Shown one piece after another: positions 36,393 through 49,830 of a DNA stretch of 64,000 nucleotides. Within the stretch, counting starts at the first letter, position 1, and each line of letters begins with the position of its first letter. The notes under the pieces are model-generated. The model did not search any database, was not told where the DNA came from, and saw only the letters and a list, made by a program, of their open reading frames with translations. Source of the stretch: Malacoraja senta (lineage: Eukaryota); assembly GCA_038087875.1 (NCBI GenBank), contig CM076000.1, forward strand, positions 930,001 through 994,000. Reading direction: 5' to 3'. The translations under genes were made by a program, and so were the position numbers.

Positions 36393-37877
36393 ATAACCAT
36401 ATTACCATATAACAATTACAGCACGGAAACAGGCCATCTCGACCCTTCTAGTCCGTGCCGAACACGTATTCTCCCCTAGTCCCATATACCTGCGCTCAGA
36501 CCATAACCCTCCATTCCTTTCCCGTCCATATAACTATCCAATTTATTTTTAAATGATAAAAACGAACCTGCCTCCACCACCTTCACTGGAAGCTCATTCC
36601 ACACAGCCACCACTCTCTGAGTAAAGAAGTTCCCCCTCATGTTACCCCTAAACTCAAGTTAATTCTCAAGTCATGTCCCCTTGTTTGAATCTTCCCTACT
36701 CTCAGTGGGAAAAGCTTATCCACGTCAACTCTGTCTATCCCTCTCATCATTTTAAAGACCTCTATCAAGTCCCCCCTTAACCTTCTGCGCTCCAAAGAAT
36801 AAAGCCCTAACTTGTTCAACCTTTCTCTGTAACTTAGTTGCTGAAACCCAGGCAATATTCTAGTAAATCTCCTCTGTACTCTCTCTATTTTGTTGACATC
36901 CTTCCTATAATTAGGCGACCAAAATTGTACACCATACTCCAGAATTGGCCTCACCAATGCCTTGTACAATTTTAACATTACATCCCAACTTCTAAACTCA
37001 ATGCTCTGATTTATAAAAGCCAGCACACCAAAAGCTTTATTTACCACCCTATCTACATGAGATTCCACTTTCAGGGAACTGTGCACAGTTATTCCAAGAT
37101 CCCTCTGTTCACCTGCATTCTTCAATTCCCTACCATTTACCATGTACATCCTATTTTGATTTGTCCTGCCAAGATGTAGCACCTCACACTTATCAGCATT
37201 AAACTCCATCTACCATCTTTCAGCCCACTCTTCCAACCGGCATAAATCTCTCTGTAGACTTTGAAAATCTACTTCATTATCCACAGCCCCACCTATCTTA
37301 GTATCATCTGCATACTTACTAATCCAATTTACCACACCATCATCCAGATCATTGATGTACATGACAAACAACAGTGGACCCAACACAGATCCCTGTGGCA
37401 CCCCACTAGTCACTGGCCTCCAACCTGACAAACAACCATCCACCATTACTCTCTGGCATCTCCCATTCAGCCACTGTTGAATCCATCTTGCTACTCCACC
37501 ATTAATACCCAACCATTGAACCTTCTTAACCAACCTTCCGTGAGGAACCTTGTCAAAGGCCTTACTGAAGTCCATATATACAACATCCACAGCTTTACCC
37601 TCATCAATTTCCCGAGTAACCTCTTCAAAAAATTCAAGAAGATTAGTCAAACATGACCTTCCAGGCACAAATCCATGTTGACTGTTCCTAATCAGCCCGT
37701 TTATCCAGATGCTTATATATATTATCTCTAAGTATCCTTTCCATTAATTTGCCCACCACTGACGTCAAACTAACAGGTCTATAATTGCTAGGTTTACTCT
37801 TAGACCCCTTTTTAAACAATGGAACAACATGCGCAGTACGCCAATCCTCCGGCACTATTGCCGTTTCTAATGACATT
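36393..37877 (-). mobile_element. CR1 LINE RT region, young, 5'-truncated, nested in Rex1
   Basis: NYRPVSLTSVVGK, YMDFSKAFDKVPH, GVPQGSVLGP, KYADDTK in ORFs 37688-37876, 37210-37668 and 36637-37209. Confidence 0.96.
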
Positions 37878-37975
37878 TGAATCCGGTCCAGAATGGTGAT
37901 GTCGTCTGTGAATTTGAAAATTGAATTAGATTTGTACGAGGCTGCACAGTCTTGGGTGTGTACATGGCTGTGGAG
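37878..37975 (-). mobile_element. Rex1 RT core remnant
   Basis: YTQDCAASYKSNSIFKFTDDITILDR, which joins NDETYMKEIENL at 36390. Confidence 0.8.
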
Positions 37976-38164
37976 TCATGGGTGTTGAGGATGCAGCATA
38001 CTAGAATCGAAGAATGTAGTGTACCAAAGATGGAAAGGTTAGAGTGCAGTGGCTTCAGGAAATAATGCAATAGATGACAACATATTTGGAATCAGATTGA
38101 AGACAAAATGGAGGTATTGGGCAAAGCAATCATCTTATCTAACAAGAGAACATAATTGTTTGGG

Positions 38165-38410
38165 AGACACAAGGAACTGCAGATGCTGGAATTCTGTGCA
38201 GAACACAAAGTGCTGGAGTAACTCGGCGGGTTAGACAGTTCCTCTGGAGAACATGGATAGGCAACATTTCATGTTGGGACGCTTCTTCAGACTCGACATG
38301 AGGAACTGCAGATGCTGCAATCTTTAGCAGAATCCAAAGTGCTGGAATAACACAGCAGGTCAGGCAGCAGCTCTGGAGGACATTTTATAGGCAACTTATA
38401 ACTTCTTCGT
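38165..38410 (-). repeat. Two tandem Penelope-terminus repeats
   Basis: aggaactgcagatgctg...aaagtgctgga...aggcaac occurs twice; hammerhead-like core on the minus strand at 38260-38293. Confidence 0.75.
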
Positions 38411-38967
38411 AGGCCTGATCTCGGAAACAACACAAATAAAGTTGCTACTTCGTATTATTTGTCTGGGGTAAACAGAAATTGGTCAAGGATGGCAAGATAA
38501 TTTTTTATCAATTTGATATATTCACTTCTAAAGTTCGAGATCAGGTCATCTCCTTTACCTGGAATTCAACAACACAATTTCTACCGGCACCCAACCAAGT
38601 GTGAAATTACTTCTGTGCAGTAAACTGGTGAAATAAGGAGACAAAGCAGTCATGAATCTTAGAGGGACTAACTTCACGATAATTGAGCAGAATTTCTCAC
38701 TTAGGGACCACGTACACATAGATCATTAAGCACTTGAAAGGAAACTAAGGTTAGTAAAATTGGATAACAGCAATCTTTTTGTAACCAATTCAGGATGTTC
38801 CTCTGGTATTGGGCTCAAGTAAATAAATTAGTACAAGGGAAGGAAATATGTCTTGAGAAATGGAAAACTGAGGGAAAAGGTTGAGTAATTACTGGTATTT
38901 GGAAAATCTTGAGTCCAATTAATTGTTACTTTTAAAATGGTACCGTGAATATGCATACTCCTTTGAA

Positions 38968-39270
38968 AGTCATAGTCATACGACACAGAAAGAGGCCCTT
39001 CAGCCCATTGAGTCCATGCATACCATCAAGCACTGATCCACAATAATTCATCTCATATGACTCCCATGATATTCTATCACTCAACTACTCACCAGGGGAT
39101 AATTTACAGTCACTAAGTTACCAATCCTACACAGCTTTGAAATGTGGGAGGAAGCCAGAGCACCTGAAGGAAAGCCATGTTCACACAGGAAGAATATGCA
39201 AACTCCACACAGACTGCACTGGAAATCAGGATCAAATCTGCAGCCCTACTAACTGTGCCACTGTGCCATC
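38968..39270 (-). mobile_element. tRNA/CR1-tail SINE
   Basis: gtcatagtcata tail, tgtgggaggaagccagagcacc body. Confidence 0.7.
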
Positions 39271-39649
39271 CATTGAAAGTGTTAAGGATGTTAATTGTAA
39301 GATATGGTGGTAATGGAGGTCATCAGGATTTCTATTTCCCTATCTCTATCAGACAGTAAACATTCTTCCCAAATGGATTGTAGAGTAGTAAAATTATTTT
39401 CAAGAGCTTTGTAAATGCTTATGTTACGTCAGGTCAAAATAAAATTCTTATTTCTTGTTAGGGAGTCCCTTGGTATGAAAATTCTTCCACAGATGGGTCA
39501 GGAGAGGGCTGACTGGGCAGACAGGTGTTGGTTTGTGAGGTAGCTTGCTCCTTCCATTACTCACACAGTGCTTCTGTATGCTCCTGGTGTGCTGCTGAAA
39601 GTAAGAGTTTCATTGGTCCTTTTCGGGATAGGTGATAATAAAACAACCT

Positions 39650-39990
39650 TGACTTAATTCTTGCCACCTGACATTATTTATTCTCCACCAAATCCACCTA
39701 CTGCCCTGCTCTACTGCCTCACACACCTTGTTTACGGCCTGACGCAAACTCTGCCCATAAATTCCTAGCTCTCCAAATAGCGACGGGATCGATCTCGTTA
39801 TGAAACCTCTACAACCCACCTCTACCGGACGTACTGTTGCTCTTCATCCTCGCTGCTCAACCTCTGTTGCCAACTCTACATATCTAAGCTTTTACCTTTC
39901 ATAAGCCTCATCCACTACGTTCTCCCATGGCACCGTCAGTTCTATAAAATACACTATTCGCTGACGCATCAGCCACATCATTGGAATTTG
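39650..39990 (-). mobile_element. Restriction-like endonuclease non-LTR retrotransposon fragment (Hero-like)
   Basis: IELTVPWENVVDEAYER*KLRYVEL...PVEVGCRGF...SRWIW. Confidence 0.75.
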
Positions 39991-41219
39991 TACATCCTGA
40001 TCTACTTTTATATTTAAGGTTTGGAATGAAACCTTTGCTGATTCCCACATCCAATAGTTCAATTTTGAAAAGAGTGAGCAATATGATAGTCTAACAAATC
40101 TAAAACAGAATGCAACACTCATATTCTAACAGAATGGTTAGAATACTTATTCATCCCTGAGTGGTATTAAGTGGCATCATTTTCACATCATGTCATATTT
40201 TCTTGGTGGGTAGCCAATTTGCACATCTTCCTTTTTTTCTGTGTTTTTTAATTAGTTGCAAATTGAGCATTTGTACAAATGGAACATGAGTTTTACAGCT
40301 GCTCATGGTGTTCTGTTCATGCATCATCAGAGGGATTGATATATGAATCAATTGTATTTTCTCATCATTCTGACTCTTTGTTCAAACTTCAAATAAGATT
40401 ACATTTTTGCTTTGTTATAATTAATGAATCACAGACTAGCAGTGAGAAGTTAATACTAATTAAATCTTCACTGCACGTTATGCAGCACCAATCATTTTTT
40501 TTACAATAAGTGTGCTTTGCAAAGAAGTTTGCCTTGTTTCATGTATCACACCCTAATAATGCTTGGGCATATGGTTGCACATTGCTTCCTTTTCAAAGGC
40601 AATTACAATTTACGAATGGCCTATAAATATTTACCTTTCCTCGATCCCTTAAAAGTGAATTTAGAAGCCTTTAACATTACTTTTTATAGCAATAGACCTC
40701 TGTAAATTTTGAGGAAATGAAAGAAAAATTGCAGATTCGGAATGTAAGTGGAAATAATTTGATAAATACAGTGGATAATTAAGTTTCATAGTTACAACTA
40801 TGTCGTTTAATATGCTAATGGATCAATATTACAGTGAGAATCAATATGGGTATAATTTTATTTTGGATCTTAAGGATTTTTTTAATTAATTCATGTTATT
40901 ACATTTAAGCTCCTTATTCTAAGTTCCTTATTAATACTTTCTCCTGCTTTTCTTGCAAAAAATACAACACCTTCTCAATACGATTCACCTCCATGCCTTT
41001 AAATTGATTATGCATTTTGAAAAGACTATATCTCTTCTTCATCTTTTTCAATGTTCCGATGAAACAATGGATCAGGAGGTGATATTGGTAACATTAACCC
41101 ATTCAGCCAAAAGTAAACCACATAGTTAGACCATTCATATTGTCCAGCTTAGTTTCCCTTCATGGATCACTGACAACTGGTCACTCCCAAATATAACTTA
41201 TCCAGTTTTGTACTTAATA

Positions 41220-42092
41220 AGCCTTTGATAAGTTTCTGCATGGTAGGCTCCTTGGAATGTTAGATTGCATGGGATCCAGGGAGAGTTGGTCAACGGGAGA
41301 GAGAATTGGCTTCGTGGAAGGAAGCGGAGGGTGCTGGTGGAAGGTTGTTTTTTGGACCTAAGGTCTGTGACCAGTGGGGTGCCTCAGGGATCGGTGTGGG
41401 GCCCATTGATGTTTTTGGCTTGTATCAACAATTTGGATGAGAATGTACAAGGCATGATTAGTAAGTTTGCAGGTGACAATAAAGTGGATGGTGTCTTAGA
41501 TACTGAGGATGTTTATCAAAAATTACAGCAGGATCTTGATCAGTTGGGCAAGTGGACTGAGGAATGGCCAATGGAGTTTAATGCAGAGAAGTGCGAGGTA
41601 ATGCTTTTTGAGAAATCATACTAGGGCAGGACCTTCGCAGCGAGTAGTAGATCCCTGAGGGGTGTTGTAGAGTAAAGGTACATAGTTTCCTGAAAGTGGT
41701 GTCACAGGTGAATAGGGTGGTAAAGAAGACTTTTGGAACATTGGCCTTCATCAGTCAATGCAATGAGTATAGACATTAGTATGTAAAGTTACAACTAATT
41801 CGAGAGGCTGCATTTGGAGTACAGTTTCCAGTTTTGGTCGCACTGCAATAGAAATTATGTCATTAAGCTGGAAAGAGTGCAGAGAAGATTTACGAAGATG
41901 ATGCCAGGACTAGAGGGGCTGAGCTATAGGGAGGGTGGGCAGACTAGGACTTTATTCCTTGTAGTACGTGGCTGAGGGATCATCTTATAGAGGTGTATAA
42001 AATCATGAGGGGAATGTCTTTTACCAGTGGAATCAAGAACCAGAGGACATAGGCTTAAGGTGAGAGGGAAAGATTTAATAAGAACCTGAGGG
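41220..42092 (+). mobile_element. CR1 RT fragment, degraded
   Basis: SGVPQGSVWGP, SKFAGDNK, MEFNAEKCEV. Confidence 0.9.
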
Positions 42093-42164
42093 TGGGTCCT
42101 TTATTGTATGGGGTTGGGTTGGGTCCCTACAATGTCATCAGGAACATACAGCAATTTTAACTGC

Positions 42165-42775
42165 ACATTGGTTACACTGCCTCTCAGGACCTGTGACCCG
42201 GGTTTGATCCTGACCTCGGATGCTGTCTATGTGGAGTTTGCACATTTTTCATGTGACCATGTGGGTTTACGCCTGGTGCTCCAGTTTCCTCTCACATCCT
42301 TATGACGTGTGGGTAACAGTGGCATAGTGGTAGAGTTGATGCCTTTCAGCGCCAGAGACCCAGGTTTGATCCTGACTATGGGTTCTGTCTGTACGGAGTT
42401 TGTATGTTCTCCCTGTGACTGCATGGGCTTTCTCCGGGTGCTTTGCTTTCCTCCCACACTCCAAAGAGTTGTAGGTTAATTAGCTTTTATTAATTGTAAA
42501 ATTGTCTCTAGTGTGTTGGATTGTGCTAGCGTGCAGGGTTATCACTGGTTAATGAAGACTTGGTGGGCTGAAGGACCTGTTCTACGCTGTATTTCTGAAG
42601 TCTAGTCTAAAGTTTAACATGTGGGTTTGTAGGTTAATTGGCCCTTTGTTGCCCTTTGTATGTAGTGAGTGGATGCAAAAATGGGATAATGTAGAAATAG
42701 TGTGGACAGGTGATCGGTGGTTGGCATGGAATTGGTGAGCTGAAGGGCCTGTTTCCATGCTGTATCTTTCAATCA
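42165..42775 (+). mobile_element. Cluster of tRNA-derived SINEs with CR1-like 3' ends
   Basis: B-box-like ggtttgatcctgac at ~42201 and ~42363; ends gggctgaaggacctgtttc and gctgaagggcctgtttcc. Confidence 0.8.
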
Positions 42776-42896
42776 AAAATCCTAAGTACAAAGCTATATG
42801 TTTTTCCCATCAGGTAAGATTTCTAGATCAGAATCCAGGGAAAATTATGGATACGAACATGAGTCTTTTTGCCATCAGAAAAATGCTTGGATCTTC

Positions 42897-43075
42897 TGTG
42901 TAGAAAGAAACTACAGATGCTGGTATATACTGAAAATAGACACAAAGTGCTGGAGTAACTCAGCGGGTGAGGCAGTCTGAAGAAGGGTCCTGTTTTTCTC
43001 CAGAGATGCTGCCTGACCTGTTGAGTTATTCCAGCACTTTGTGTATATCTTGGAGCTTCTGTGTTGCCAGCACTT
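42897..43075. repeat. Palindromic Penelope-terminus repeat
   Basis: cacaaagtgctggagtaactca ... tgagttattccagcactttgtg. Confidence 0.8.
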
Positions 43076-43339
43076 GATAATGCCCTAATTTTAAATACCT
43101 CCACCAGCAGAGATTCAAATTCTGACAAATACTGAAAGAGGAATTTTTTAACTGCTGCTTTTTCACAAAATTGTTTGCAAATTAATTCAATATTGTCTTT
43201 TAAATAGTGCATTAACAACTTTATTTTCAGTGTACTTTCCTTGTTAAATTTTGGATTTGATCAGAGAACCTGACTATAACACATTAAAACAATCCCTTGA
43301 ATCCCACTGAAGTCACTGTCAGTAAAACGACTGCACATT

Positions 43340-43550
43340 GTGTAGGAAGGAACTGCAGGTGCTGGTTTGCACCAAAGATAGACACAAAATGTTGGAGTAA
43401 CTGAGTGGGCAGGCAGCATCACTGGCGAGAAGGAATGGGTGACTTTTCGGGTCAAGACCCATCTTCAGACTGAAGGTTCTAGACCCAAAACGTCACCCAT
43501 TCCATCTCTCCAGGGATCACTTCAGGGTTACTTGAGCATTATGTGTCATA
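43340..43550. repeat. Palindromic Penelope-terminus repeat with back-to-back hammerhead-like remnants
   Basis: gaatgggtgacttttcgggtcaagacc...cttcagactgaag...gacccaaaacgtcacccattc. Confidence 0.85.
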
Positions 43551-45689
43551 CTACTGCTCGTTTATCCTTTCTAGTGCTTTCGATGGCCATGATGAAAATG
43601 ATGTGCTGTTTTACCTTTAGCCAGTGCAACGATGTATGGTGGCTTAGTGTTTAAGTCAGTAGACTAGTAATCAAGAGGTCTGGACATGCTTTCCAATTCC
43701 ATCAGGGAAGCTGAGAATATGAAGACAGGTAGTTTAATAATCCGTGGTTGTTTATAAAAGTAATCCTCGCTCAACATTGCCATCAGTAATGGTTAAACTG
43801 ATTCACTGATGCCCTTCAGAGAAAGCATCTCCTTTTTCACCACAGTTGACATTTAGTTGCCCTCACATGGCTTAGCAAGTGTTTGTCTTAAACAGAATAA
43901 GTAAAATGGGACAGATCATCAATCATGGCACTGGATTTTGGCACAGCAAATTTGCCTTTGGTCTTCGCAAAATTATCTTTATGCACGGCTGATGCCTAGG
44001 GCTGAGGATCATTAACTCATCAACTGCAGGAGGATGCTGCATTGTAATCAGTCAAATGTTTATGTTCCATTGTTTGTCCAGACAGCATGGGGCTTTACAG
44101 GATCAAGACTCCACGTCAAAAGTAGTACCATTGAGTCCCAAATGCCAACTGGCTGTGCGAAAGGCATTAAGTTCATGTCATAGGAGCACAATTATGTCAT
44201 TCAGCCCGAGTCTACTCCGCCATTCAACATGGCTGATCTATCTTTCCTTCTCAACACCATTCTCCTGTCTTCTCCCATTACCCTTGACATTCTGAACTAA
44301 CGATATCCCATTTATCATCAGCAACGTGTTAACAAACTGTTGCCAGTACTTCCTTACACAATAGTAGAAGTAACCATCTCTGCAGAGACAAAGTCTCATT
44401 TTCATATTCTTTGAAAATTTTGAACATTTCATTTTGTTCAAATTTCTCACTGGCAACAGCTCCTGTTTTCCATTAAACAAAAAGCTGTCCATGTGTGAAA
44501 TATTTATTAAATAACTCAATTTTCAAAGCTGGTTTGAAAATAACCCAATTTCTGTTCTCAACTATTTTGCTACAACAGATTACTTCCCCATCTGGACAAT
44601 ATTACATTCCTTTGATGTGTGATTCAACAAATATATACTGTTTGATTACAAGGGATAATGAAAGAGTAAAGATAAAGAGACAGAGCCAAACATCCATGCA
44701 TTTATTCTATCTATTTTTGCACTTCCTGTGTCACTTTTTACAATCTAGGCAACACCATTCTTTTCAAGCACCTATAAACTCTGTTTAAATATCTGTTTGC
44801 TGCATTCACTCTCTTGCCTGTCTCTTTTTCAAGATATATATTGATTTAAGCATTGAGAATAGTCTTCCCATCTAGTTACCTTGGAGACCGTGCGTCATGA
44901 ATTTGTAAGTGATAATCTTCTCTCCTCCGCTTGCTCCAGATCCAGATTCTCTCCATTCACTACCTCATCTCATTAGTCTTGGATAAGAGCAGAAAATGCT
45001 GCAGACACTCAGCAAGTCAAGCCGCATCTGTGGGAAGAGAAGCAATGTTTCAGATCCATGACCTTTCATTAGAACGGCCAAGTTTCTGGCAATTTCTGTT
45101 TTTATTTCAGGTTTTCAGCATTTGCAGATTTTCTATTTTCTAGGAACAAATCTGAGACCTTGACAAGTAACGTTCCAGCCTTCAGTCATTGGAGAATGGT
45201 CAAGAACTCACCTTCCCTGAAAAAGAATGTGATGCACTCAATTTAATGACTTTTACTGGGCAGACAAGTTCCTGCTCACCTCTGTCTGAAGCAAGGTGTC
45301 AAATAAAATCAAAGTTTACCATGGATGCAAATGTCAAACTACCATTGTTATCCAGTCTAATTTATCTTCCTCCAAAAACAAACCTATAAAAGACCAATAG
45401 CACAAAGATGTGTCCCTTAATTTATATGAAACAAACAATTTGGAACAGTTTGTAATACACCTACTGCTTGTTCTCCCTCTCAGGTAGTGAAGCAGTGAAT
45501 TGACAAATGAATCCAGTCATGGATTTCAAGCTTTGGCCTGAGAATGATGATATTTAACTGACTAACTTGCTTCAACGTCATTTGATAAGCAAATAAATCT
45601 CACATAACCAAAGTTGACTGCTTTTGTTCCTGATCCATTTTTTTCATCCATCCTGAACACATTTGAATGCATTTGTCATTTGTAATGAT

Positions 45690-46425
45690 CTAGAATATAA
45701 AAAGCAAGGATGTAATGCTGAGGCTTTATCAGGCACTGGTGAGGCCACATTTGAAATTTTATGAGCATTATTGGGCCACATATCTGTAGAAGAATGTGTT
45801 GGCTTTGGAGAGAGTGCAGAAAACATTTACAAGAATAATCTCAGCGATGATTGGATTAATTTATAAGGAGCGTTTGAAGGCTCTGGGTCTCTACTTGCTG
45901 GAGTTTAGAAGGATTGGGGGGGGGGGGGAGAGGGGGGGATCTTATTGAAACCTACTGGATAATGAAAGCCCTAGATAGAGTGCATGTGGAAATTATGACT
46001 CCAGAAACGGGAGAGTCTGGATCTAGATAGCACAGCCTCAGAATAAAAGGACGTACCTTCTGAATGGAGATGACAAGGAATTTCTTTAGGTAGACACAAA
46101 ATGCTGGAGTGACTCAGCAGGCCAGGCAGCATCTCTGGAGAGTAGGAATGGGTGACATTTCAGGTCGAGACCCTTCTTCATAATTTATTTAGCCAGAGGG
46201 CGGTGAATCTGTGGCATTCATTACCACAGACAAATGTGGAGGCCAGGTCATTGGGTATTTTAAAAGCAGAGATTTATAGACTCGTGATTAGTAAGGGTGT
46301 CAAAAGTTATGGGAAGAATGGGATTGAGAGGGAAAAATAGATCACCCATGATTAAATGGCAGAGTAGACTCGATGGGCTGAATGGCCTAATTCTGCTCCA
46401 AAGTCTCATGGTCTATGGTCTATGG
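45690..46425 (+). mobile_element. CR1 3' fragment with a Penelope-terminus repeat inserted at ~46089-46180
   Basis: LFSQRAVNLWHSLPQ resumes after the insert; (ggtctat)n tail. Confidence 0.85.
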
Positions 46426-46427
46426 TA

Positions 46428-47465
46428 GCAATGTTACAAAATTTTGAGATTTTAAAAATAAAGTCTGCAATTTATCCCATCAGATAAAGCATAAAAAGAA
46501 GTTTAATTTGACACCTAATTCACTTTCATATCTTCAGTATTAAAGAAGTTATGGCCATTTTCATACTTGGAAATTAGCATCTTGTTCCCTATTGCTTTTC
46601 CATTGACTTAACACAAAAGCTGTGATCGAGGACAGTTAAAAGCCCATAACTTTCTTAAAAATTAAGAGAACTGAAAGAAATGTTCAGTTATTATAGATTG
46701 AAGCATTCTGAAACAAATATGAAACAATCTTACTTAGAAGACATGAAAGTAAAGCATATAATTAGTTAGTTACCTAATTGTAGCTAATTACAATATTCAA
46801 TTACTAGATCTAAACATCTATCAATTTCTTAAGAATAGATTAACATTTTTAAATAGCCTAAGTGTCCAAATAACATTCACACAATAATTCACAATATAAC
46901 ATAATTTTTAAATCTAATTTTCATGAATTTACAGGCCAAATGGAAGGAATTGAATGTTTAATATCTGTAAATTAATGGCCATTTAAATCATCTTGTGAGT
47001 GAGGATTTCTGGAACGCGATCTTTTGGAACGTTGATTTGCGGTGAATTTAACCCCGTATTGGCATGAAAAATACTGCCGTTAGTTCGGGGAATAAAATCA
47101 CCGTGTCGCATGAAAAAATGTGAATTAAAGGCTTCTTAAGAAGCACTTTTATATATTTAAAGAAACCACTTTCGTTTACCTGTCCCGTGTGACAAATCCG
47201 TCCCCGTTATCGGCGTTGACGCTTCAGGAGCTGATGTTAAAATTACTCTAGCGCTGATATTGACGATTTAATAAAAATAAAAAATACACAAAACGCCACT
47301 AGGAACGATTCTTCAGCTAACGCTTGTACTCCAACAAAATATTAACCAGGACAAGGGAGGAGAAACCCGCGTTTTAACCCCGCCCCTCCCTTAAAGGCGC
47401 CAAAATCGCGCACACGGCCAGTGGCAGAATTACAGCGCGACTGAAGGTAAGTTTTGTAACATACC
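46428..47465. mobile_element. Unclassified non-autonomous DNA element, TA-flanked with short imperfect TIRs
   Basis: TA|gcaATGTTACAAAA ... TTTTGTAACATacc|TA; AT-rich left half and CpG-rich right half. Confidence 0.6.
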
Positions 47466-47782
47466 TATCTATGTTCTTAATAAAATTGCATAGCCATCCC
47501 TGTGGCCAGAGGAAACAAACTTATCATTCTAACCCAATCTGTCCTGATAATTCCCATCTTTCTAGTCACTAAAACAAAATATTGAAATTCAGTGAGGATT
47601 ATTTTCATTTCTGTCACCAGTCAAAATCAATGGGTTGAACAACAGGAAGGTTTTATAATAATCTGGCATCAACACCATCAGATTGAAGGTGAAAGTTGTC
47701 CCAACGTGTTAGGGCTCTAGACATGGCAAGCAACCCAATGAATAAGAAATACTGTAATGTTAAATTAACACTGTGAAACCTA

Positions 47783-47940
47783 GATACACAAGGATGTCGG
47801 AATCTTGTGTAGAACACAAAGTGCTGGAGTAACTCAGCACCTCTGGCAGCATCTCTGGAGGACATGGAATAGACAAAGTTTTGGGTCCAGGTTCTCCAGA
47901 AATGTTGCCTGACCTGCTGAGTTACTCTAGTATAGTGTTC
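47783..47940. repeat. Palindromic Penelope-terminus repeat
   Basis: gagtaactcagca ... tgctgagttactc. Confidence 0.7.
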
Positions 47941-48104
47941 TACAGTAAAACCTGGAGGAAGCCTTGGCAAAAATGCATCCAGATAACACAGGATACTGGA
48001 CGGAGTAATGCTGAAAATCCCACACAATACAATACCATAAATACATTGGCGAAATCCTCCAGGCATCAATGCAATCTAATTCAATGTAATTGAACAAAAT
48101 TGAT

Positions 48105-48700
48105 TTAGAGTCATAGTCATAGAGTGATACAGTGTGGAAACAGGCCATTCGGCCCAACTTGCCCACACCGGCCAACATGTCCCGGCTACACTAGTCCCAC
48201 CCGTCTGCGTTTGGTCCATATCCCTCCAAACTTGTCCTATCCATGTGCCTGTCTAACTGTTTCTAAAGCGTTGGGATAGTCCCAGCCTCAACACCACCTC
48301 TGGCAGTTTGTTCCATACACCCACCATCCTTTGTGTGAAAAAGTTACCCCTCAGATTCCTATTAAATCTTTTCCCCTTCACCTTGAACCTATGTCCTCTG
48401 GTCCTCGATTCCCCCACTCTGCGCAAGAGATTCTGTGCATATAAATGTCTATTCCTCTCATGATCTTGTACACCTCTATAAGATCACCCCTCATCCTCCA
48501 GCATTCCAAGGAATAGAGTCCCAGCCTACTCAACTTCTGCCTATAGCTCAGACCCTCTAGTCCTGGCAACATCCTTGAAAATCTCGGAACCCTTTCAAGC
48601 TTGACAATATCTTTCCTATAAGATGGTGCCCAGAACTGAACATAATACTCAAAATGCGGTCTCACAAACGTCTTATACAACTGCAACATGACCTCCCAAT
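48105..48700 (-). mobile_element. CR1 3' fragment
   Basis: MLQLYKTFVRPHFEYYVQFW...GDLIEVYKIMRG. Confidence 0.92.
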
Positions 48701-49020
48701 TTGTAACTTAAACATGCCAATGGGGTTCAGGATACTGGTCCGGATAGTCTAAATGCAAGGAAAACCCTACCTCTTCAGAGAGAGGCAGTAAATCACAAGG
48801 TCAGCTCACTGATCTTTCTGTCCAATTAATTGCTGATCATTGCTCTCTTCAATTAACATCTCAGCTACAGAATAGGGCACATTTGTGGTTTCACGGCTAC
48901 TGCTCATAGGTTTCACAAGAATGGCAAAGTTATTAAAATTAATTACTGCCGCAGAGCAGTAGTCCTTAACAATGGTATCATTTGGTTACTTGTTACTGCG
49001 GGTGATCAGTAGTGAAATAA

Positions 49021-49830
49021 AGGGCCTGTCCCACTGACGCGACCTTTCAGCGACTGTCTTTGACCTACAAGCTCGAGGGCACTCGCCTGAAAAACCTCGA
49101 GCTGGATCGACCATCAGCGTTGAAACCGCGAGCTGGATCGACTGACCGCACACACACACACACACACACAAACACATCGCATGGGCGGGGTCCAGGGAAA
49201 GCGGGGGAGCGCTGCCTGAAATTCACACCACGATGAAGAGGAAGGTAAAAGACGGCTACACAGTGTACGGTGAGTCCTTTAGAGAGCGCGGAGAGGGAAG
49301 GGAGGGGGGGAGAGAAGGGGAGAGAAGGGGAGAGAGGGGGAGAGAAGGAGAGAGGAGAAATGGGGAGTGAAGGGGAGAGGATGAGGGGAGAAAGGGGGAA
49401 GAAGGAGTGGAGACACTTTTAAGAAGCCAGACAACATAATACAGTTTAGCGGGCATTTTACATTACCGGTCGGTTTTCCTTGGTCCTGAAAACTCCAATG
49501 AGCCAATTAAAATACCCGGTCAGCGAAGGAGATTGCCTACGGCTGCCCTCGACTACCTGTAACTACATAGCAACCCCACTCCACTGCACTATGAGTTAAA
49601 AAGAACCATGCCGACCAATTTTTACTCGCGGAAAATTTTTCAACATGCTGAAAAATTTTCCTCGACCAAACTGAGGCCCCGAGTATGCGGGAACTTCCCT
49701 CGAGCATGAAGGAGAGGTACAGTGACCTCATAGGACCTCCTAGGACCACGTGTCGATCATGCTGCGAGTTTGAGTCGAGGGCAAACTCTTCTAAACTCGC
49801 AGATTAGGTCGCCACAGTGGGACAGCCCCT
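49021..49830. mobile_element. Non-autonomous PIF/Harbinger element
   Basis: 16-bp TIR AGGG(C/G)CTGTCCCACTG; 3-bp TSD TAA on both sides; internal (CA)n and polypurine tract. Confidence 0.88.

Noticed and set aside
42165..42420. tRNA genes
   Set aside because: Only degenerate A/B-box-like SINE heads; no cloverleaf.
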